Below are positions 1 through 7,666 of a stretch of 32,000 nt of DNA, one piece after another. The DNA comes from Megasphaera elsdenii DSM 20460 (lineage in GTDB: Bacteria; Bacillota; Negativicutes; Veillonellales; Megasphaeraceae). Location of the stretch: positions 1,860,001 through 1,892,000 of the forward strand of contig NZ_CP027570.1 of NCBI RefSeq assembly GCF_003010495.1, given 5' to 3'. Every line of letters starts with the position of its first letter. The first letter of the stretch is position 1. The notes below the pieces were generated by a model, which made no database searches, had not been told where the DNA came from, and saw only the letters and a program-made list of their open reading frames with translations. The translations under genes and the position numbers were made by a program.

Positions 1-858
1 ATAGATGTACGGTTCTTTTTCCGGATTGAGGTTGATACATTTGGCATAGCAGCCGCCTTCAAAGTTGAAGATGCCCCGTGACGACCAGCCGTGTTCGTCG
101 TCGCCGATGAGCTTGCGGTTCGGATCGGCCGAAAGGGTCGTCTTGCCTGTGCCCGACAGGCCGAAGAAGATAGCCGTTTCCTTAGTGACCGGATCCATGT
201 TGGCCGAGCAGTGCATGGGCAGAACGCCTTCGTTAGGCAGAAAGTAATTCATGACAGAGAAGACACTCTTCTTGATTTCTCCGGCATAGCGCGTGCCGGC
301 GATGAGGACCATACGGGATTCATAATCGACGAGAATGGCTGCCTGCGAGTGCGTGCCGTCGACTTGGGGATTGCACTGGAAACCCGGGGCGACGAGGATG
401 GTGAAGTCTGGTTCACCGTACTGGGCCAGCTCTTCCGCTGTCGGCCGGATGAGGAGGTTGCGGATGAAGAGACATTCGCTGGCCAGTTCATTGACGACGC
501 GGAATTTCTTGCGGCATAGCTCGTCGGCACCGGCAAAGCCGTCGAAGAGGTACAGGGGCCGGTTTTGGAAATAGGCCAGCATCTTGCTCTTGATGGCGTT
601 GAATTTTTCTTTGGAAATGGGCCGGTTGATATTGTTCCAGGCGATGTAATCGTGGATAGACGGCGTGTCGACGATGAATTTATCATCCGGTGCCCGGCCG
701 GTATACTTGCCAGTGCGTACGACTAGGGCCCCTGTATCACTGAGGACGCCTTCCTGATTCAACAGAGCTTGCTCCGTTAGCCAGGCCGGTGACATATTGC
801 GGTATACTACTTCTGGATTTATCACTCCGATGCGGTCTAAGCCATAAGTATGTTGCAT
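1..858 (-). CDS. pckA: Phosphoenolpyruvate carboxykinase (ATP), N-terminal 286 codons; the gene continues beyond the left window edge
   Basis: Reverse-strand translation from the ATG at 858-856 gives MQHTYGLDRIGVINPEVVYRNMSPAW... It ends with ...FFGLSGTGKTTLSADPNRKLIGDDEHGWSSRGIFNFEGGCYAKCINLNPEKEPYIY, which carries the kinase P-loop and the FNFEGGCYAK motif of ATP-dependent PEPCK. An AAAGGAG SD lies 7 nt upstream. The ORF track omits it because it is open-ended. Confidence 0.93.
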   Translation of the reverse strand, partial: MQHTYGLDRIGVINPEVVYRNMSPAWLTEQALLNQEGVLSDTGALVVRTGKYTGRAPDDKFIVDTPSIHDYIAWNNINRPISKEKFNAIKSKMLAYFQNRPLYLFDGFAGADELCRKKFRVVNELASECLFIRNLLIRPTAEELAQYGEPDFTILVAPGFQCNPQVDGTHSQAAILVDYESRMVLIAGTRYAGEIKKSVFSVMNYFLPNEGVLPMHCSANMDPVTKETAIFFGLSGTGKTTLSADPNRKLIGDDEHGWSSRGIFNFEGGCYAKCINLNPEKEPYIY

Positions 859-884
859 ATTGATCACTCCTTTGAGATTCTCAG

Positions 885-916
885 TTCGTAGGGGCCGCTC
901 CGAAACGGGCGGCCCG
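885..916 (+). repeat. GC-rich REP-like hairpin, copy 1 (TTCGTAGGGGCCGCTCC-loop-GGGCGGCCCG)
   Basis: GGGCCGC pairs with GCGGCCC. It shares the TTCGTAGGGGCCG...GGCGGCCCG pattern with 7219-7247 and, inverted, with 7347-7376 and 7425-7454. It lies in the pckA 5' leader. Confidence 0.7.
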
Positions 917-967
917 ACTTAACAACTATCTATTTTAAACTGCAAACTATATATATACTAAAGTATG

Positions 968-983
968 TATATATATATATATA
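968..983. repeat. (TA)8 dinucleotide repeat, with a shorter (TA)5 at 948-957
   Basis: tatatatatatatata was read directly. It sits in the divergent promoter region between pckA (start 858, minus) and the small-ORF/adhesin locus. Confidence 0.95.
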
Positions 984-998
984 GCTTTTCCGGATATC

Positions 999-1027
999 TT
1001 GCCGTTCCTTCCATATTATGCTATAAT
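999..1027 (+). promoter_or_regulatory. Putative sigma-70-type promoter for the small-ORF/adhesin locus
   Basis: TTGCCG (999-1004), a 17-nt spacer ending in TGc, and TATAAT (1022-1027). This is an extended -10. Confidence 0.4.
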
Positions 1028-1072
1028 TATATTATAATAAAATTATCATAAAATGTAAGGGGGGTGAAAATC

Positions 1073-1375
1073 ATGTATCCTGTCCAAATGATGATTTCTT
1101 ACTTTACAACTAGTTTTACGGCCATCATGCATATCGGCAGAGAGGTGACGGCTAAACAATATACAGGGGGGGATTTACAAGATAGTAAAGGCACATATAT
1201 AAAAAAACAGGCCCAGGAATGGGTGCGTCTTGTTTCATATAGATATAAAGAAGGACAGTGTAGGCATATACTCTCCTTTTTGGCATGTTTGCATTCGTTT
1301 GTTATTTCCAATTATTGGTTACCACCTGTCTGCCATTCAGTATGGAATGACAGGAGCATGACCATGTTCGTATGA
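1073..1375 (+). CDS. Hypothetical 100-aa protein (weak call)
   Basis: The ATG at 1073 follows a strong SD, AAGGGGGGTGA (1057-1067), and a TTGCCG-N17-TGcTATAAT promoter. Its TGA stop overlaps the next ATG in an ATGA junction. The sequence is AT-rich, uses atypical AGA/AGG/ATA/TTA codons, and shows no family signature I recognise. Confidence 0.25.
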   Translation: MYPVQMMISYFTTSFTAIMHIGREVTAKQYTGGDLQDSKGTYIKKQAQEWVRLVSYRYKEGQCRHILSFLACLHSFVISNYWLPPVCHSVWNDRSMTMFV

Positions 1376-1530
1376 AATGTGCTGTTTGCGGCAAAGAATT
1401 TACCTGCCGGGAATGTGGGAAAATCGTCATCGTTACGACCCCCAAAGACCGGCATCGGACTTTTTGCTGTGATGACTGCCGAAAACGTTGGTTTAATAAA
1501 CGGCGGAAAGTTTCGTATGAACAGAAATAA
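1372..1530 (+). CDS. 52-aa zinc-ribbon microprotein (two CxxC pairs plus a C-terminal FCCDDCRKRWFNKRR motif)
   Basis: Manual translation gives MKCAVCGKEFTCRECGKIVIVTTPKDRHRTFCCDDCRKRWFNKRRKVSYEQK*. It falls below the 60-aa track cutoff. It uses the C-ending codons typical of the core genes, shares an ATGA overlap with the upstream ORF, and ends 39 nt before the adhesin start. Confidence 0.45.
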   Translation: MKCAVCGKEFTCRECGKIVIVTTPKDRHRTFCCDDCRKRWFNKRRKVSYEQK

Positions 1531-1569
1531 TACCTGAAAAAGTACGTATAAAAGAAGGAGGATATCTAT

Positions 1570-4500
1570 ATGAATAAAATATACAAAGTCGTGTGGAATA
1601 AAGCAAGAAATTGCTATGTTGTAGCTTCGGAATTTGCTAAAAATCATCAAACGGGTTCAAGCCGTAAAGCTGCATCTGTAGCGGCTGTTATGGCAGCAAC
1701 TATGCTAACTATCGGGACAGGCGTTATATATGCTGCTGATAATGTAGATACAAGTGTAAAAGAGCCAAAAGAAACTATTGTATATAACAATACAACAGAT
1801 GAAACCACGAAGTTAAATGATCCTAATTTAAGCCATTATCGTCCTGGTAGTTGGGTTCATGGTCATACAGCTGAATGTGGTGAGTTGACGTATAATACAA
1901 CATTGACGATTGGGGACATTAATAAAGTTGTCGATAGATTAGTTGAGAATGATAAATTGCTTTATGATCAGGACATTAAAAATGTAACCATGAATAAGGA
2001 AACGAATAAGGGAACAATTTCCTTGATACGTAATGATGGGAGTAGCGTTCAAAATAATATTACTTTAACTGGAAACGGTGGTGTTAACGGTCAAGATACA
2101 GCAGTAACTGTTACAGTTGGAAACGAATCTCAAAAATTTCAGACAGGCTCTGTTGTTACGGCAGAGGCAGATGATAGCGGAAACGCCACAAAATTAACTA
2201 TTAATGGAAAATCTTATGGTATAAAAGCAGGTAAACATACTACCTTGTCTAACGGTAAGAATACAACAGTGAACCCTGTGACTACTGCTGATGGTCATCT
2301 GGAATACAAGGTTGATGTGAACGATGAGCTGAAGGATATCAAATCCATCACCGGCGCAGGTGAAGGCGCAGGCAGCATCAGCTTTGCAAATGATGGCATC
2401 AAGTTTAATAATAAGGTTACCATTGACAATACCGGCAAGATTTCCGGCGTAGCAAATGGTATTGCTGATAATGACGCTGTAAACGTAAGCCAGTTGAATA
2501 AGGTAAGTGCAGCTGCTAAGACAGAGGTAGTTAAGGGTACCAACATCGCTTCTGTAGTTGCATCAAACGCAACCGACGACGGACACACAGTTTATACCGT
2601 AAATGCTAAAGGCACAAGTGTATCTGTAGATGGCAACTTTAATCTTAATACAACTACTGATGATGAAACTAATGTAACAAATTATGGTATCTCCTTGAAG
2701 GATAGCGTAACAATTGGTGGAACTCATGCCGTAACTATTAATGGTACTGATGGTACTGTAACCGGTCTTACCAATACTACTTGGAATAAAGACAGCATTA
2801 CTTCCGGCAGAGCTGCAACTGAAGACCAACTGCAGGCTGTAGCAACCGAAGCAGGTAAACATACCACCTTATCTAACGGTAAGAATACAACAGTTGAATC
2901 TACAGTTAAAGACGGCCAGACTGATTACAAGGTTAATGTTGCAGGCGATTTGACTGATATTACCTCTGTTGCCAATGGAGATTCCAAAATTAACTTGAAT
3001 AAAGATAGCATCATCATTTCCAATGGTAATAAATACTTTGCAATTACTAACAGCGGTATTGGCATGAGCTATATCGGTGCTGATTATAGTGCAAAATCCA
3101 TCATGCTTGGTGAAAACGGAACAACCATCAGCGGTGGCTTGAATGTAGCAGGCAGCAAGATTACCGGTGTAGCAGCAGGCGTTGAAAAGACCGATGCTGT
3201 AAACGTAGGCCAGCTGAAGGATTATGTTGCAGCTAACGATACGCATATTAAGAGTGGCAACTATGCAGTTGGCGAAGTAACTGACAGCACTGGCAATAAA
3301 TCTCAGGGCGTATCTATGGATATTGTTAATGAAGAAGGTAAGGTAACCGGTACTGTAACCATTACCGACGTAGCCAAAGCAAGTGACGTAGGCGATGTTA
3401 ATAATATTGCCAGCGATATTAAGAACCAAGACGGCAGCCATACTACTGTTGTTCACGCTGTAAACAACCTGAACAGTAAGCTGGACACGAAGGTTGGCGA
3501 TTTGCAGTACAGCAAGGTAGAAAAAGGTGATATTGCAGATGGCGATAGCACTACTACCGCAATCGGCAAACTGGATCAAAAACTTACCGACGTAGCAGCA
3601 ACTGCAGCTAAGCACACTAAAGTAGAAGGCAGCAGCAATATTATTGTTACCAACACTGCTAAAGAAGGTGAAGCAGCAAACTATAAGGTAGAGCTGAAGA
3701 AAGACATAGACGTTGATACTGTAAAAGCAACTACCGTAACCACTGGCCAAACCGTAATGAACAACGATGGCTTGAAGGTTGGTAAAGACGTAAGCGTAAC
3801 CGCAACTGCTGTAACCGCAGGTCAAACCTCTATCAGCAATGACGGCTTAAAGGTTAATGGCAAGACCTATGTAAGCGATAGTGGTCTGAATGCTAATGAC
3901 CTAAAGATTACCAATGTAGCAGACGGCAAAGTGGAAAAAGGCTCTACCGATGCCGTTAATGGCGGTCAGCTCTATAACGAAACGAGAGTTGCAAAAGACG
4001 GCAAATTCGTCAAAAAGTCTAACACGGCTGGTGAAAACTTGTCGGCTTTGGATAACCAGGTAACGGCCAACACGGAATCTATTTACCATATGAATGGTCG
4101 TATTTCTGACCTCGATAACCGTGTCAACAAAGTCGGTGCCGGTGCTGCGGCTTTGGCAGCATTACATCCATTGGATTTTGATCCGGATGCGAAGTGGGAC
4201 TTTGCGGCAGGCTATGGCAACTACCGCGGCGCCAATGCAGCTGCTGTTGGGGCATACTATCGTCCGAATGAAGACACGATGTTCTCTGTAGGCGGTACCT
4301 TTGGTAATGGCGAAAACATGGTTAATGCCGGCGTAAGCTTCAAACTAGGTTCCGGAAGCAGTCATGTATCGACTTCTCGTGTAGCGATGGCGAAGGAAAT
4401 TAAAGAACTGCGCGGTGAATTGGAAGCTATGAAGTCAGCCATGCTCGATGCCAATGCAGGTAAGAAGATAGATACATCCAAACTGCAGCTCTTCCCGGAT

Positions 4501-4788
4501 GTACCGCAGAATCACTGGGCTTACGAATACGTAGCACAGCTGGCCGGCAACGGCATGATCGAAGGCTATCCGGATGGCAACTTTGACGGAGACCGCCCGA
4601 TGACGCGGTATGAATTTGCAGCAATCTTGTATCGTGCCATGACAAAAGGCGCTGTCTTGTCCGACAAGATCCTCAGCGAATTCTCGCATGAATTAGAATA
4701 CTTCACTGTCGATACGATAGCAAAAGACAAAGCAGGCAATCCGACGATTCAGCGTGTTCGCACAGTCAAAGAAAACAAAAATAAATAA
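1570..4788 (+). CDS. Trimeric autotransporter adhesin (type Vc, YadA-like) with a C-terminal coiled coil and SLH domain
   Basis: An ESPR-type extended signal (MNKIYKVVWNKARNCYVVASEFAKNH) is followed by a hydrophobic signal peptide. Neck motifs repeat (DAVNVSQLN, DAVNVGQLK, DAVNGGQLY). The YadA-type anchor reads AAALAALHPLDFDPDAKWDFAAGYGNYRGANAAAVGAYYRPNEDTMFSVGGTFG...NAGVSFKLG. The SLH motif is FPDVPQNHWAYEYVAQLAGNGMIEGYPDGNFDGDRPMTRYEFAAILYRAM. An AAGGAGG SD precedes the start. Confidence 0.9.
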   Translation: MNKIYKVVWNKARNCYVVASEFAKNHQTGSSRKAASVAAVMAATMLTIGTGVIYAADNVDTSVKEPKETIVYNNTTDETTKLNDPNLSHYRPGSWVHGHTAECGELTYNTTLTIGDINKVVDRLVENDKLLYDQDIKNVTMNKETNKGTISLIRNDGSSVQNNITLTGNGGVNGQDTAVTVTVGNESQKFQTGSVVTAEADDSGNATKLTINGKSYGIKAGKHTTLSNGKNTTVNPVTTADGHLEYKVDVNDELKDIKSITGAGEGAGSISFANDGIKFNNKVTIDNTGKISGVANGIADNDAVNVSQLNKVSAAAKTEVVKGTNIASVVASNATDDGHTVYTVNAKGTSVSVDGNFNLNTTTDDETNVTNYGISLKDSVTIGGTHAVTINGTDGTVTGLTNTTWNKDSITSGRAATEDQLQAVATEAGKHTTLSNGKNTTVESTVKDGQTDYKVNVAGDLTDITSVANGDSKINLNKDSIIISNGNKYFAITNSGIGMSYIGADYSAKSIMLGENGTTISGGLNVAGSKITGVAAGVEKTDAVNVGQLKDYVAANDTHIKSGNYAVGEVTDSTGNKSQGVSMDIVNEEGKVTGTVTITDVAKASDVGDVNNIASDIKNQDGSHTTVVHAVNNLNSKLDTKVGDLQYSKVEKGDIADGDSTTTAIGKLDQKLTDVAATAAKHTKVEGSSNIIVTNTAKEGEAANYKVELKKDIDVDTVKATTVTTGQTVMNNDGLKVGKDVSVTATAVTAGQTSISNDGLKVNGKTYVSDSGLNANDLKITNVADGKVEKGSTDAVNGGQLYNETRVAKDGKFVKKSNTAGENLSALDNQVTANTESIYHMNGRISDLDNRVNKVGAGAAALAALHPLDFDPDAKWDFAAGYGNYRGANAAAVGAYYRPNEDTMFSVGGTFGNGENMVNAGVSFKLGSGSSHVSTSRVAMAKEIKELRGELEAMKSAMLDANAGKKIDTSKLQLFPDVPQNHWAYEYVAQLAGNGMIEGYPDGNFDGDRPMTRYEFAAILYRAMTKGAVLSDKILSEFSHELEYFTVDTIAKDKAGNPTIQRVRTVKENKNK

Positions 4789-4821
4789 GCTTAACGAACC
4801 ATTGAATAACGGATAGGAAAA

Positions 4822-4868
4822 AGAACGATGCAAAGAGAAAAATTTTCTCGATGCATCGTTCTTTTTTT
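4822..4868 (+). terminator. Rho-independent terminator after the adhesin gene
   Basis: A long hairpin pairs AGAACGATGCA..GAGAAAA with TTTTCTC..TGCATCGTTCT, followed by T7. An A-run upstream makes it potentially bidirectional. Confidence 0.85.
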
Positions 4869-5082
4869 GTTGGTTGCTTGTTGCCTGATTCTAATCTTTG
4901 ATACATATGATATAATACCAGGAGAAATGCGAATTAACATGGAAGTGTAAGTGATGAGGTATTCTATAGATTTACTTGTTTTTTTATCATACTAACATGC
5001 TAAATATAGTATAATACAATCTGGTACACTATTTCAAATTGCATACTGGATACACGATAAAGGTCAAATTCTTAAAAAATAC

Positions 5083-5110
5083 TTGACTATTTGACTTTTT
5101 GCTGTATGAT
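5083..5110 (+). promoter_or_regulatory. Putative htpG promoter
   Basis: TTGACT (5083-5088), a 16-nt spacer, and TATGAT (5105-5110) preceded by TG. The TTGACT is directly repeated (cTTGACTatTTGACT). No CIRCE inverted repeat is seen. Confidence 0.35.
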
Positions 5111-5175
5111 ATTGGTGTAAGGGTACCTGAAGGTATCCGCCACTACGGCAGAATCATATAAAGGAGTGTTTGAGT

Positions 5176-7125
<1,950 letters not shown>

Positions 7126-7181
7126 AATTCCATACAAAAAAAGCCCCTCCCGGTGTGTGACCGGAAGGGACGTTCCTCCAG

Positions 7182-7217
7182 CAAAAGGGCTTGTCGCATA
7201 TGCGACAAGCCCTTTTG
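7182..7217 (+). terminator. Perfect 36-nt palindrome, the likely htpG terminator
   Basis: CAAAAGGGCTTGTCGCATATGCGACAAGCCCTTTTG has an 18-bp potential stem with a TTTT tail, 56 nt after the htpG stop. Confidence 0.6.
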
Positions 7218-7218
7218 C

Positions 7219-7247
7219 CGTAGGGGCCGTCCTGTTAAGGCGGCCCG
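7219..7247 (+). repeat. GC-rich REP-like hairpin, copy 2
   Basis: CGTAGGGGCCGTCCTGTTAAGGCGGCCCG is the near-identical reverse complement of the motif at 7347-7376 (loop TTAA versus TTT). Confidence 0.75.
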
Positions 7248-7346
7248 TTTGTGGGAATTCCGCAAACTGACACCGCAATTCGTAGGCCGCAGTTCACCGA
7301 TTAACCTCTCAGTCAGCTGCGCTGACAGCTCTCCTAGCAGGAGAGC

Positions 7347-7502
7347 CGGGCCGCCTTTCAGGACGGCCCCTACGAAAGCGGTCCATGGGACCGCGGCTAA
7401 CTACTAGCCACGAGCCACGAGATACGGGCCGCCTTTCAGGACGGCCCCTACGAAAGCGGTCCATGGGACCGCGGCTAACTGCTAGCCACGAGCCACGAGC
7501 CA
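7347..7502. repeat. 78-bp tandem direct duplication; each copy holds an inverted REP-like hairpin, a GCGGTCC-atg-GGACCGC hairpin and AGCCACG heptamers
   Basis: cgggccgcctttcaggacggcccctacgaaagcggtccatgggaccgcggctaact(a/g)ctagccacgagccacgag occurs at 7347 and again at 7425. I see a single mismatch, 7403 a versus 7481 g. Confidence 0.9.
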
Positions 7503-7658
7503 CGAACCACGAGCTACGAGCTACGAACCACGAACCACGAACTACGAACCACGAACCACGAACCACGAACCACGAACCACGAACCACGAACCACGAACCA
7601 CGAACCACGAACCACGAACCACGAACCACGAACCACGAACCACGAACCACGAACCACT
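7484..7658. repeat. Heptanucleotide tandem array, 24 full units plus one partial (consensus AACCACG on plus, CGTGGTT on minus)
   Basis: Counted by hand. Variant units AGCCACG, AGCTACG and AACTACG occupy the 5' part. Fifteen consecutive perfect AACCACG units run from 7547 to 7651. The array ends 8 nt from the gltS stop codon (7667-7669). Confidence 0.95.
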
Positions 7659-7666
7659 AGCCCCTA

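Noticed and set aside
1034-1569. Possible riboswitch (for example c-di-GMP class) in the long leader before the adhesin
   Set aside because: I looked for GEMM-like conserved segments (GGCAAACC, ACGCAAAGC and the paired hairpins) and did not find them. Only an Infernal scan could settle this.
1099-1650. Minus-strand ORFs at 1099-1311 and 1312-1650 in the adhesin upstream region
   Set aside because: The hydrophobic or low-complexity products come from AT-rich DNA. One overlaps the adhesin start and SD, and neither has its own SD.
4927-4950. A 7-codon mini-ORF (MRINMEV) after a TGaTATAAT box in the adhesin-htpG intergenic region
   Set aside because: The GGAG lies only about 2 nt from the ATG, and there is no downstream structure suggesting attenuation, so it is probably chance in AT-rich DNA.
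860-5170. Mobile genomic island carrying the adhesin
   Set aside because: The compositional shift is real. However, no integrase, transposase, tRNA attachment site or flanking direct repeats are visible, so a mobile-element call is unsupported. The observation is kept only as a compositional finding.
5040-5175. CIRCE operator or RNA thermometer upstream of htpG
   Set aside because: No TTAGCACTC-N9-GAGTGCTAA-like inverted repeat is present. The GGGTACC-tgaa-GGTATCC hairpin (5121-5138) does not occlude the SD.
7347-7658. Possible CRISPR array
   Set aside because: The repeats are contiguous 7-mers with no spacers. The 78-bp unit is a simple tandem duplication. No cas genes or leader are present.
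7309-7660. ORFs encoding WFVVRGS or TNHEPRT repeat peptides (7309-7650 minus, 7385-7660 plus)
   Set aside because: They are translation artefacts of the 7-nt tandem array (3 units make 21 nt, giving a 7-aa repeat). No SD is present, and they sit between convergent gene ends.
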